The notes under the pieces were generated by a model that was given only the letters and a program-made list of their open reading frames with translations, had not been told where the DNA came from and made no database searches. This document shows positions 38,573 to 50,322 of a stretch of 64,000 bases of DNA, one piece after another. Position 1 is the stretch's first letter, and each line of letters begins with the position of its first letter. The stretch comes from Parasitella parasitica NRRL 2501 (Eukaryota > Fungi > Mucoromycota). The stretch covers positions 145,970 through 209,969 of the forward strand of contig MU619286.1 in assembly GCA_025201805.1 (NCBI GenBank). Direction: 5' to 3'. Made by a program: the position numbers and the translations under genes.

Positions 38573-39775
38573 TCATCGAAGATCCTTCACCGAACTGTAC
38601 TTTCGAGTTTTTCCGTTAGGAGATGTTAGACTGCGTCCATAATATCCAGCGTTTGCATCATAGTAACTGTGATAGGGCTGGTTGTATTGAAGGTAGTCCT
38701 GCATTGGGTTAGCATTGTAGTAGTTGTGGGCTCCTCTTCTGTCGTACACGTGATGTGGGTATAGTTGCTGATGGTAGGGATAGGAATGGTTGTTTTGATA
38801 CACCATATTGTTGTTGTACATGTGCTGCTGCTGCTGCTGCTGTTGCTGTTGCTGGGTCAACATTTGTGCCAAGGATGATAGTGCCACTTGCTGCTGTTGT
38901 TGCTGTTGTTGCTGTTGTTGTCGCTGATGTTGCAACAATAGCTGCTGTTGCAACACCTGCTGTTGTAGCTGCTGCTGCTGCTGTTGTTGTTGTTGTTGTA
39001 TTAATAGATTGTGCGGCTGATGCTGTTGCTGTTGACCCAGCATGAGCATCATCATGAGCATTTGAGCTTGTTGTTGTTGTAGATGTTGGTTTTCCTGGTT
39101 AAACGGCATCATCATACCCATATTTGCTAACTGCTGCTGCTGTTGTTGTTGCTGTAGTTGTTGTTGTACTTGAGCCTGCTGTTGCTGTGCTTGCTGTGCT
39201 TGCTGTGCTTGTTGTGCTTGTTGTGCCTGTTGTGCCTGTTGTGCCTGTTGTGCCTGTTGTGCTTGTTGTGCTTGTTGTGCTTGTTGTGCTTGTTGTGCTT
39301 GTTGTGCTTGTTGTGCCTGTTGTGCTTGTTGAACATGGTGTCTGATAGCCATCTCGTCCATTAGAGGCGGCGGTCCACCTGGCATAGATACAGGTTGCGG
39401 CATTTGCTGTGGCAAGATGTTTCTTGCGTCTAAAGGCGGATATTTAGGTGCTAAACTTAGTCGTTCGAGAAGACTATCTAAAAAGCCTTTATTTTGCATT
39501 GTATAAGGACGAGGTTGTTGTCCCATCATGGCAGGGTTTTGCTGCATCATCATTGCTGCTGGAGGTATCGCTGGTTGCGGAGGTAGAGCTGCTGCTGCTG
39601 TTGCTGCTGTAGCTACTGGAGGCGGAGGAACTGCCGCTGGAGCGGGGGCGGAGATGGCAGCTGGGGCTGGAGCTGGAGCTGATGGAGCCTTTTCTGCCAC
39701 GGCCACATTTGGAGCTGAATCGGCAACAGGGGGAGGAGCAGCAGCGGAAGGTGTTGGAATAGCTTCTTCTGGCAT
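38573..39775 (-). CDS. Low-complexity P/A-rich and Q-rich protein, about 400 aa, unknown function
   Basis: Single open frame from MPEEAIPT; (QQA)n encoded by a 9-bp tandem repeat at about 39180-39330, poly-Q tracts, Y/N/H-rich tail. Confidence 0.75.
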   Translation of the reverse strand: MPEEAIPTPSAAAPPPVADSAPNVAVAEKAPSAPAPAPAAISAPAPAAVPPPPVATAATAAAALPPQPAIPPAAMMMQQNPAMMGQQPRPYTMQNKGFLDSLLERLSLAPKYPPLDARNILPQQMPQPVSMPGGPPPLMDEMAIRHHVQQAQQAQQAQQAQQAQQAQQAQQAQQAQQAQQAQQAQQAQQAQQAQQAQQQQAQVQQQLQQQQQQQQLANMGMMMPFNQENQHLQQQQAQMLMMMLMLGQQQQHQPHNLLIQQQQQQQQQQLQQQVLQQQLLLQHQRQQQQQQQQQQQVALSSLAQMLTQQQQQQQQQQHMYNNNMVYQNNHSYPYHQQLYPHHVYDRRGAHNYYNANPMQDYLQYNQPYHSYYDANAGYYGRSLTSPNGKTRKYSSVKDLR

Positions 39776-40000
39776 TTTTGTAGTCAAGATAAGAAGAAGA
39801 AATAGAAAGAGAAAGAGAAAGAAAGAAGAAACAGAAAGGGTCAAAACAAACAATACAGTCTAATTCTGGACAATGAATCTTGTGATGTGGAAGCCCTTTT
39901 ACGGTAAATTTATTTCATCTTCAGCATATATATGATTGTGTGATTTCCGTCCCCAGTTACCAAGTTCGCTCTTCTTTCAGTTTCCTTTCTAAAAAAAAAA

Positions 40001-41734
40001 ATGCCATTTGGGTTCTACCACGAGGTAGTTTGCACTGTGTCTCGAAGCGCACTGTGGTCCTTTTTTAGCGATATCAAGCTCGAGGACGTCGATAATGTTC
40101 CTCCAGAATCACAGCCATTGGTAGTGTAGGTTTCTTTGTTTTTCGCTGGTAACGCTGTATTAATTTTCTGTAAACAGTGCTGCCACTCACCATAATATGA
40201 TCATCGACCCTGCCGTCCTGTCGGTTACGTTCCCCAACAAGCGTCGACTGCACTACTGGGCAAAGGACAGCATGTTCAAGAACCTGTACGCTGCTTCGTT
40301 TTTGACCGACTGTGGTGTTGTGCCCGTTGATAGGAAAACGAAAAACAATTCTTTGCTTTATGCTGCTACATTTGATGTCTTGAAGCTCGGAGAAGCTGTG
40401 GCAGTCTTTCCAGAGGGAACAAGCCATACGCTGCCAAGATTGGGTGCCTTCAAAGACGGCACGAGCTTTGTAAGCGAATCTCATTATTGCTTGCTATTCT
40501 GTATGTAAATATTCATTCATCGCTTTACAACAGGCTGCTTTGGAATATGCAAAAATTAACCATGACGAGGGGCTCAACAAATGTGCTCCAATTTTACCGG
40601 TTGGCATCGTGTATCCCGAGAAGTCAAAATACAGAAGCGTGGTTATCGTAAAGTAAGTAGAAATGAGTGAAAATTGGAAAATTGGGATTTCGGTGACCAA
40701 GCGTTGTTTGTCCAGATACGGAAAGCCTATCCCCATCGAGCCTTACTTGCCTTTGTACTTGCAAGACCCCAAAAAGGCGGCTAAACTTTTAACAAAAGAT
40801 ACAGAACAAGCAATGGAGAAACTGACTGTGAATGCACCTGATTGGGAGAGTAAGTATGCTGCTGACATGGCCAGATGGCTGTTATTCCCTGGTGAGAATG
40901 GCCTAATGAAGGACTACATTCCAATAACTCAAAGGTAAGCTGATGAGTCTGCTGCTAGCAAGACGACTAACTGGGATACGTGTTAGTTTAATCAATGCAA
41001 TGCACACGCTGGGAGAAAAAGATGTCGAAATCGCTAAACTTCAAAAAAGCCTGGTTATATACAAATTAGAACTGGAATCGTTGCTATTAAATGATGCACA
41101 AATTGCTAAATACAACGAAAAGAACATTACGGCCATTTCAACAACCGTGCAACTGTTGCAACGTACAGCTGCTAGCTTGATAGATTTACCTTTATTTTTA
41201 CCGGGCCTGGTAGCCCATTTGCCACTTTATGTAGCTGGTTATATTGCTGGTCATATCGAAATTTACGAAGAAGTAAGAGCTCAGAACAAAATCTTCTTTG
41301 GAATGGCTCTTGTACCTCTCATCTACCTGGGTGCCTTTATTTGGGGTTGGTTTGCCTTATTTGGTGGTACCTTCTTTGGCTTCTTTACTGCGTTGGCTAC
41401 ATTGGGTGTATTTGTCTGGTACCATGTCACTTCTATTGACGAGCGTTATGAGAATTTCAAGGATTTGCAAGGTAGATGGCGTCTATTTGACGCTGTAGTT
41501 CTAGGACGAGGCATGTGGAGACGTAAAGATCGCATTTTAGGATTAAAGAAACTGAGAACTGAAAGCCTGGCTCGAGTTCGCAATATGATTACTACATATA
41601 AATCAACAAATGACGATGTTCATGTGATCTGGTTAGCTCTTCGTCAGCGTGTGAGACAGTTTGGTGAGGTTTCAAAGCTTCGCTCAAAGAAGAAGGCTTT
41701 GGCAAAACAGTATGAATGGTGTTTTGAAGGATAA
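40001..41734 (+). CDS. Glycerol-3-phosphate/DHAP O-acyltransferase (SCT1/GPT2-like, PlsC fold), multi-exon
   Basis: Motifs HHNMIID (HX4D), FPEGTSH, ILPVGIVY, YGKPIPI; C-terminal transmembrane helices; four GT-AG introns. Confidence 0.9.
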
Positions 41735-41902
41735 ATCGATTTGAATAAAGGAATATGTGTATCACCTTGACATGTGTTTTGTTGGCAGGTCCTGTGTAGC
41801 TCGGCCGGACCATTAAAAACTTTTTTTTTTTCTACTAGTATTGGAAATCAAACGCCAAGTGATAAACTCCTCCCTTTTCACCGAGCCCTTCGACACAACA
41901 AT

Positions 41903-42576
41903 ATGACCGTATGTACCAGAAAGATATATAAACGAGTGAATTGAATGATGGGACATATTATGATGATGGATGGATGTTATTAAGCTGACGGTTCATTTGA
42001 ATGGATGAATACCATGAGTGGATGGATGAATAGAGAGATAAATATGATATCTGGCTACTATTTTGTCAAAACAAAAGTCAGCTTACTACTCACCATCATT
42101 ATATGTTGTCAAATGCAATAAATTATGCCATCATTGGATCACTTTTCATATATCAATTTAATTCTGCATAATATAAATTGAGATATTAATGTGGTTTTTT
42201 GCTGTCTAGTTGGCTGTTGATCTTCTTAACCCCTCCGTTGAACACGAGAAGCGCTCTCACAAGCTCAAGAGACTTGTGCAATCTCCCAATTCTTACTTTA
42301 TGGACGTCAAATGTCCTGGTAAGTAAATTCGTCTAGCTTAGAAAGCTTGTTCTAATTGAATTACTATCTTTTATACAGGCTGTTTAAACATTAGCACCGT
42401 TTTTAGCCACGCTCAAACTGTCGTTTTGTGTTCTTCTTGCGCTACTGTCTTGTGCCAACCTACTGGTGGTCGTGCTCGCTTGACTGAAGGTAATTTTCTG
42501 TTTATACCTTATACCTACTCATCTCTAATTCTTCGCTTTTTTCGCAGGCTGCTCCTTCCGTAGAAAGGCCAATTAA
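41903..42576 (+). CDS. RPS27: 40S ribosomal protein eS27, 4 exons
   Basis: MT|LAVDLLNPS...[21 protein letters not shown]|[32 protein letters not shown]|CSFRRKAN*; not in the ORF track because the exons are short. Confidence 0.96.
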
Positions 42577-42876
42577 GCTTTTATTAATGAAAACTGTCTT
42601 GAAACTGCTTCATAATCTCTGCTTTATATGGCTCAACCCGGTGATGTTAATTCTTTTTTTACAATGTAAACTATCCACAACGTTTCTGTTTACTGTTTTT
42701 TCTTTTATTTTAACAATAAAAGCATAAAGAGCAAACAAAACCTATATATACATAACCATACATTTTGTGCTATTTTGTTAATAAATATAGGTAAATCTGA
42801 AAGCCGGAATAACTTTATCTTTCGATGCCTTCATTCGGGTTTTAACTTGCAATCCACTGAGAAAATTATGCATTAA

Positions 42877-44388
42877 GGGCATCTCCAACAGAGATGCTAA
42901 ACAAAAAACCATTTAAAGCGCCCCCCCCCCCCCTTTTTTTTTTCCAACCCGGAAATGTTTTTGCTTTTTTGTCTCTGAAGCTCTTTGAATTACTCCCTTG
43001 GCTCTTGAATCCATTGTATTCTCTTTTACTATTTTTTTCTTATCTTTTCTTCTTTATGCAAAGCCGTTCTACTTTCAAAACAGGAGCTGGTGCTCACTAC
43101 TTTTATTCAACCCATATTTATATATCTCATACTATAAACCTCACACTTCTAACATTAATATGAGCATTCAGGACAGAAATACTGGCCATTTTAAAAAATG
43201 TTAATAAAGTTTGTATAGTTAGTTAAACTTTATACAATGGAAAAAAGATCTTTAAGTAAGTTCATATCATATAGTTTTAATTTAGTAATGCCTTAGAACT
43301 TAACAAGTTATATTAGGAATGCTATCTACACGGATGGTTATTCAGTTTCTTTTCTCTTCTCAATAATTACAGCAAAAAAAAAGAAAGACTCTCTTCCCGT
43401 AAAGCCATCTGACCTGAAAACAGATATTGACAATGGGTGCCAAGTGTGGGTGGTAGACCCTGGAATTAGCACGGTTTTTACTATAGTTGACCAAGCTGGT
43501 AGAGTGAGATCACTTGATCAAAAGGAGTATTATCACTTGTGTGGGTTTAATGATGCAGCTCACATTCGAAAGATTCATCAAGCGAAGCACACAAACACTC
43601 ATAGAATGATAACAGAACTGGATTCATTAAAAACCGGAGAAGTTTCAAAATTCTTGATTGCTTGCATAAAGCGTATAGAATCCTACGATACAATGTATGA
43701 ATTTTATAACAGAGGCCTTTGGTAAGTGTAGCAAACTCTTGTACATATTTTAAAAATGTGTTAACCAAATGGAATAGGTCTTCAAAATTAAAGTTTAGAT
43801 GTTATAGAAAGAAGCAAAAAGCCTTCAGCGAAATAGTCAAGATGTTTACTCATGATAGCATCAAATGTCGTACGGGTGTGTCTACCAATGTGAAGACAAC
43901 AACGAGAAACAACAATTCTTACTCTCGCCCTCCACCACTTGATGGATCAGTGAAGGCAAATAAAACCATCATTGCCTATAGAGATGGAAGGTTTTCACCT
44001 ACCATGAGAGGCAAAAGATCTGGACCTACAAAGACTATCATAAAAGCTCTTCAAAAATGTAAAGAAAATCGTGGTGTTGCAGTCCAAATGGTAAACGAAT
44101 ACCTCACCAGTCATGTCTGCAACAACTGCAAAAAAGAATGGCTGCAAAAAACATCCTCAACAAGAAACAATGACGCTCGTCTTTCACCATTCCAGCGTTC
44201 TGAATCAAAAGAATAATTGCAAGCATTGTGTGTCATTGATATTACTCTTTGATACGCCATGGGTATTCGGCTTATCCTATACACCATTACAGGTGAGTAA
44301 AATTGTCCAAAAAAAAAAGAAAGTATCATCCTCTCACCAATTTTCTTTTGGAAATTTTGTAAAATTAGCACCTCCGTTGGAGATGCTC
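42877..44388 (+). mobile_element. Non-autonomous PIF/Harbinger-type element (1512 bp) carrying a Fanzor1 gene remnant
   Basis: TIRs GGGCATCTCCAACAGAGATGCTAA (42877-42900) and TTAGCACCTCCGTTGGAGATGCTC (44365-44388), 21/24 match; TAA directly outside both ends (42874-42876, 44389-44391). Confidence 0.9.
43310..44230 (+). pseudogene. Fanzor1 (TnpB-like) remnant with a spliceosomal intron
   Basis: IYTDGYSVSFLF, RuvC-I VWVVDPG (D codon 43456), EYYHLCGF, intron 43722-43777 splitting a Trp codon, IIAYRDGRF, RuvC-II VNEYLTSHVCNNC (E codon 44097). N-terminus and RuvC-III are missing. Confidence 0.88.
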
Positions 44389-45482
44389 TAAGCAGGCTGC
44401 CTTGAAAGTTTCAAGTTTTGACAAGCGTGCATTCATCCTCCGCTTACCGTATTTTTTTTTTTTGAGTTTAATTTACTCCATTGAATACCAAGAAATTAAG
44501 ATGATTCAGAATCTATTGGCAATCTACAAACTCCATAAATTCATAATTACGCCTTTTTGTAGTTTATTTCGACAAGCAAAGAATTTAATGCAGGCATCTT
44601 TGTACTAGATTAAATGCATCCGGATGGTATTTTGCAAGAGTAAATTGGTTGATCTATACAATAAGGTTTATTTGAGTTGCGAAGGGTCTTGAGCTTGTGA
44701 TATCCAAGGACAAAGCTTGACATTTGGGTGTACTGCGTCTTTAGTGTTAATTGACATTTTTCTCAGGATACAATTCGTGCGTTACGCTATACCAAAAACG
44801 TAAGAGCACTGGAGTACTATATTTGCTGTAAAGTCTGGTATGTATATATACAGTATATGCGTTTTGATTGTCTCACAAAGCGGAAAGAATAGCCTATTCA
44901 ACTTTCTGCTCCGCAAGGCAATTTCTCTTTGATTTGAAATTCGTAAATCAGTCTTTTTAGCATTTTATCAAGTTTATATCTTTGGTTCCGTGTTGAATTA
45001 CATTGCACTATTTTGCTTATGCCGTATATTGTATATACTAGACGCGTATGTTTTTTTTAAAGAAAATGTGGATATATTGTGTTTTGTCGTACGCCAGTGT
45101 ATGACAACAGCAATGATTTGTATTTCCTGTGCTAACCTTATTGATAAGCACGAAAACAACTTTGAAAAATGCACATGTATAATTTTCGCTGTTGTTCGAG
45201 TTATGCAATACAAATTTTGCCATATTGCCAAAAAGAGTGCTGCCCTGACGGATCTACATGAAAAAAGCCCATTTCGGATTTTTTGTATATAAAATCGTGG
45301 GAAAAAGTACTTGTTGGCCCTTCCGTTAAAGTATCATTTTATTTATGTATGTGTTACAAGAAAAACTTTTTTTTTTATAATGTTTATTTTATATAATTCA
45401 TGTCAACATGAAAATATTGGGGTTTATGGGTATTTTGTACAATAAAATAAGGATAAGAGAATAATATGTATAAGAAATAATG

Positions 45483-46784
45483 TTATGAAATGATAATGCT
45501 GTTATTGTTACTGTCAGAATAAATGATGGAGCGAAGAATAGCACATCTTCTTTCCAGCATGTTTAAAAAGCCTTCCATTTGCTGAGGAGACATGCGTCCA
45601 ATTAATGATTTGAATCTTGTATCGTCATTTTGTTGGTGAGTGTCTTGTTGCTGCGGGGCAATAGGAGATGTTGAGAGAGATTCCATTTGGATGCTGGCAT
45701 TCGGCATAATCATGGAAGGGAACACTTGGGGCTGCTGATACAGTCTTTGCATTTTGTGCGTTTCTTGAGCGTTATCTTCGATTAGAATAGCATCACATGA
45801 TTTTCTTTTTTGGCCAGTTACTGGTGATGAACTACCCGAGTTTGATGTAGGTTGCTGCATACTGGCGTAGATAGTGCAAGTACCACACATGGTTTGACCC
45901 AGAGAATTTAAATGCCAAGAAACAGCCTTGGTTTGGTAGCATTGATGGCAGCGTGTTTCTTCTTGAGGAGTAGGAGTAAAATCGTGGATATGTTGTGGAG
46001 AAGAATAAGTCAGTGTGTCTTGCTCGTTAGTAGGCGCAGGAGCAGACACAGGAGAAGAGGGTGCTGTATTATTCACACTACTAGTCGTCGTAGCAGCAGT
46101 CTGTTTGTTTTGATTGGACTGATGCTTTTGGCGAATATGAAGTGGACGATGCGTGTTGTACTGCTTGTAATAAAGTCCACAAGCGTTACAGAGTGAGTGA
46201 GCACGGTCAGGCGTACGACGCCATAATGGAGTCTTGGTGACATGGCAATTAAAGCATTCAAGTTGACGTGGTGTTTTGTTTGCTTTTGGGGCTTTAGATT
46301 GATTCTTCTTTTTTGCGGCAATCTTTTCCTTTAGATCATTGATATCGACGCTATTTTCTTCTTCATTATCATCTTCTACAATCAGTACATCTTCATCTTC
46401 TCCCTCTAGATTTTGATGCTGTTGCTGATCTGTGCGAAAAGAAGCATTGACTTGATCGAATTGAACAAATTGATCAAAGCCCTCTTGTGGGAAATGCGAT
46501 AGACTTTGAAGAAACTGTTGAGGGTCCAGTAAATTCACCGCAGGATTGGCAGAAGTAGGGCTACTGCGATTGGAATCGCTGGACAGCGTGGGGGAAGGAA
46601 AGTTACTAAAGACAGGGCCGCCAAGCGTAGAAGTAGGTGATGATTGCTGTGTCTGATATTGCTGCTGCAGCAAGAGATCAGAAAATCCTTTGTCATAAAA
46701 GCCAGTTTGCTGGTTGCCTTCACTACCGGAAGCGGTGTTTGTCTCCATATATTGCAACATGAATTCTTCGTTATCCATCATCAT
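45483..46784 (-). CDS. GATA zinc-finger transcription factor with a second divergent finger
   Basis: [31 protein letters not shown] and CHQC-X17-CGTC; intronless 433 aa ORF. Confidence 0.93.
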   Translation of the reverse strand: MMMDNEEFMLQYMETNTASGSEGNQQTGFYDKGFSDLLLQQQYQTQQSSPTSTLGGPVFSNFPSPTLSSDSNRSSPTSANPAVNLLDPQQFLQSLSHFPQEGFDQFVQFDQVNASFRTDQQQHQNLEGEDEDVLIVEDDNEEENSVDINDLKEKIAAKKKNQSKAPKANKTPRQLECFNCHVTKTPLWRRTPDRAHSLCNACGLYYKQYNTHRPLHIRQKHQSNQNKQTAATTTSSVNNTAPSSPVSAPAPTNEQDTLTYSSPQHIHDFTPTPQEETRCHQCYQTKAVSWHLNSLGQTMCGTCTIYASMQQPTSNSGSSSPVTGQKRKSCDAILIEDNAQETHKMQRLYQQPQVFPSMIMPNASIQMESLSTSPIAPQQQDTHQQNDDTRFKSLIGRMSPQQMEGFLNMLERRCAILRSIIYSDSNNNSIIIS

Positions 46785-48269
46785 TTTTTGAAAGAGGATA
46801 TACGTGTAGATAGAAAGAGATAAAAGAGAGAGAAAAGATCTCTAATCAAGAGTCAAGAGAAAAAAAAAAGAGTATTAAATTCTATTCAGAGTAACAGAAG
46901 AAAAATAAGAGAAAAAGAGAAAAAGAAGGGCAAAATGATGTATCAGTAATTCAAATGTTTATATAGCTTTTTCTCATGTTACTTCCTGAACCCTTCCCCC
47001 CCCCCCAGTTTGTCTTTTGTACGCTTGAGAGCAGTTTAGTAAAAAAAAAAAATCCATTCAAACTCCAAAGATCACCCACCTTTTACCATACGAGATGGAA
47101 TATATAAATAAAAAAGTATATTATACTATATAGAGCACACTATATTCTGAATTATACACATATGAATGCAGAATACTGTGGTATAATATAGGGGTTCATC
47201 ATTCTTATTTGTGTCTGAGAAAGGGACTAGAAAGTTTGTGAAACAGAACATTGCTCTCGAACCCCCCATTTTGTACAACGAATTTTTACTGAAACAACAA
47301 ATCAAATAATACCTGAGGTCCGTGAACATGTTATGAGTCGATGTCTCAGATCAACAGTTAACCACATCCTATGAAAACCTTTTTACAATCTACATGTTCA
47401 TTATGTCAACCTGGTTTAAAAAGATATTGGTATACGAAGTAGTCACCGAGAGATGACTCAATTTTGGGTAACAAACCACCGGCTATGTATACTATTATAC
47501 AACATATTAGTCCAATCAAGACTTAACGACTAATCAAAAGAATCATTTCAAAAAGCGTTATTTTATCTTGAGCAGACATTTGATTGGCAGTAGATTAGGA
47601 AGGGTACACGTTTTATTGTCTTTGTTTTTGATAATCGAACCGTGTACACATATAAAATAACATTTTATTTATATAGTGAAATGTAAATTTCATTGAACCT
47701 CGATGTTGATGAGTTTATTTTTTGCATATCTCGTGATTAAAGTCAGAACAAGGCATTTTAATATTAGTAAAGCTTAGGTTTTACCGTCGGATTTCATGAA
47801 TTTTATTCCTTTAATAACCATAACATTTAAAAAAAATAAGGTCCCTATTTGTTATCACTTCGTAACTGACGACTTGAACAAGGGCAGTTGTTTGTATATC
47901 TTATATAATAAAATAGTGGTGTTTTTACGAATTATTAAAGTTGTGGTATATAGGGGGCATCCTTAAGGATTAGCGTAACCTATACTTTCTTTACAGTGAC
48001 ATTAAAAGAAAGTTTACTGCCAATGTCTAGTGCAACATTGCGAATTACAAACACCATATAAATGCCACCTTTCCTTCTCTCATTTTTTACCAACAATCCC
48101 AATTGGTATGAATAATAACATTTAAAGTTGATTCATGTGTTAAGCTAGAAATCACGGTCTACAATTACCTTCAAAAGAGACTCCTCAAATTACATCTTAT
48201 AATAAATCTTATAATAAAAGGACCTAAGGTTTGATCAAATTTTTAGATATCACAAGTGTTATAACAAAT

Positions 48270-49705
48270 AATAGTATGCCAAAGCGTCCTTTCCCTGATT
48301 CTTATCAAAATATAGCAGGCCCTATCCACCAGCAAACCAAGCGTTGTGCTTCATGCCATACCGTATATTAGGTCATTCAAGAAAATCACTTGATTCATGT
48401 CTTAACAATCCAAAAAACAGTGGTATTCCTACAAATGATACAAATGCGGACGCTCAATCTGTTGGAGAAAGTGACATAACCCCCCACACCTCAAGTCAGT
48501 GTAATTACATGTGCCTCATGTCAGCAATTAAGGCATTCAAGAAGTACCGTACGAACAGTTCTTGCCCTAATAACCCAAATCCTTCCGGAAGCACAACAGG
48601 CTCCGCAGACCCAACAATCCCAACAAACTCACGACGCCCAAGAGCAACAAATAATTTTGCATATGAAATATTGCAAAGGATCCCGCAAGATTGCGCACTG
48701 AGAGAGATGACCGTGGCCGTAAGAGCGTGGAGTATACTGGCTGTGGACCCCTGATGTGAATTGTTGAGAGGATCAAAACATCATTTAATACCAACCCTAA
48801 ATTTCAACTATGCTGTGCAAAACAGCTCTTTCAAGATTAAACCTCTTAAACCAACACCGCTTTTATTTGCTGCTTTGCTAACAGGATCAGCAAGCGAATG
48901 TAGGGAGTTCAGGAACAATATAAGGTCATATAACAGGGTGTTGAGTTTGTTTCAATGGGAGTTGAGAAAAAAACAAATCAGACTGCAAGAGAGCAAGAGA
49001 ACTCGGAGAGAACAAGAAACTCGAGGTGGTGGTGCATACACCTTTAAATTACACGGAAGTGCGTACCACTTAATGGGTAGCGGCTGGAGAACGCCCTATG
49101 TTCTCTCAGATTTACAGTTATAATGCTGGTAATGAGTTGGATAATCGTCATGCTCACGCGAGCCATATTACAATAAGTTTGTCAGAAAAACCACAAGCAT
49201 TGATGCTCGAGATAAATTCGTTTGTAGAGTATTAAATGTACATGTCCCAAATAGCCGATGAGATAGCAGACGAGCAGCAGATCAATAATGTGTGAATTCA
49301 GAGCCTTTCCAATCTCAAGCTAATCTTCCATGCGATTCAGATAGAAGGAGATATACAGATGAGCTTGCTTGTCAACTGCAAACTTTTGCGTGATGGTAAT
49401 GATGAGGTTCCACGATTCAGGTTTAATGGCAATGATTTTGCTCCTGCTGAGAAACATTAGTACAAAATTGATTATCGAGGCCCTTCTCCCAAATGCTATT
49501 TCTGCAAGAATCATCTCAGGTTCCAAAATTGGTGATGCGGTCCGTATTTTAAAAATCTCTTTAAATTCACCTGATGAGTCCCCTATTAACTTCCAAAGAC
49601 ATCAGCCTCACAGAGCGAGATGAGTCCCACGTAGACGAAGGTCGAATTTTACCGTAGCGTAGCGAAGGTGCAAAAATCACCAGAGTGGGCGGGGTGACCA
49701 GCTCG
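48270..49705 (+). mobile_element. Internally deleted Helitron remnant with candidate 3' terminus
   Basis: Zinc-knuckle-like RCASCH..GHSRKSLDSC, EFRNNIRSYN, GAYTFKLHGSAYHLMG..MFSQIY, Pif1 piece LLLRNI..LIIEALLPNAISARIISGSKIGDAVRILKISL..PINFQRHQ, then a GC-rich tail ending CTCG|T at 49702-49706. Confidence 0.8.
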
Positions 49706-49887
49706 TCAACAAATAAATATTCAGAAATGTTAGAACTGCAGGACGACGCTGTGGTTGATAGAACGGGTAGTTTTAAAAATGCGTTGGGTCGGACAAAAAG
49801 GTTGCGTGGCGTTATTTGCAAAATTTGCTTTTTCTTTTTTTCTTTTCGTATTTCATCTATAAAAGCAAAGAATAAACGCTCAATAGA

Positions 49888-50322
49888 CACCTGGTGGATG
49901 CTCATAACTAAGGTGATTGCATTGGGATGCCCCCACCGCAACGCGATACTTTGCATCAGCCTGCGCATTGTGTAATCTTTAGTCCTGGTTTTGACCCGAA
50001 GCCTTGTGGAAGAAACGTCATCTAAGCAAATGTTCTCAGTTTATTTACTTTATATTGGCGGCATTTTGTTACGGACGGCAAGCTGATGCGTTTCGCTACT
50101 GAGTAAGACAGGCACCTGGTGGATGCTCATAACAAAGGTGATTGCATTGGGATGCCCCCACCGCAACGCGATACTTCACATCAGCCTGCGCATTGTGTAA
50201 TCTTTAGTCCTGGTTTTGACCCGAAGCCTTGTGAAAGAAACGTCATCTAAGCAAATGTTCTCAATATATTTACTTTATATTGGCGGCATTTTGTTACGGA
50301 CGGCAAGCTGATGCGTTTCGCT
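49888..50322. repeat. Direct tandem duplication, 210-bp unit, period 225
   Basis: 49888-50097 and 50113-50322 differ at only a handful of positions; 15-bp spacer ACTGAGTAAGACAGG. Confidence 0.95.

Noticed and set aside
39124-39364. Periodic ORFs (LLC)n, (VVL)n, (HNK)n and CRISPR-like regularity
   Set aside because: Alternative frames of the 9-bp QQA minisatellite; no repeat-spacer structure and a eukaryotic context.
41955-41990. C box ATGATGA and D box CTGA in the RPS27 intron
   Set aside because: Only about 20 nt apart, too short for a C/D snoRNA, and no terminal stem.
49570-49645. Hammerhead-ribozyme-like strings (CTGATGAGTCCC; GATGAGTC...GACGAAG)
   Set aside because: The first is coding sequence (PDESP) with no matching GAAA arm; the second lacks both the CUGA start and the GAAA core and is better explained as the Helitron terminal block.
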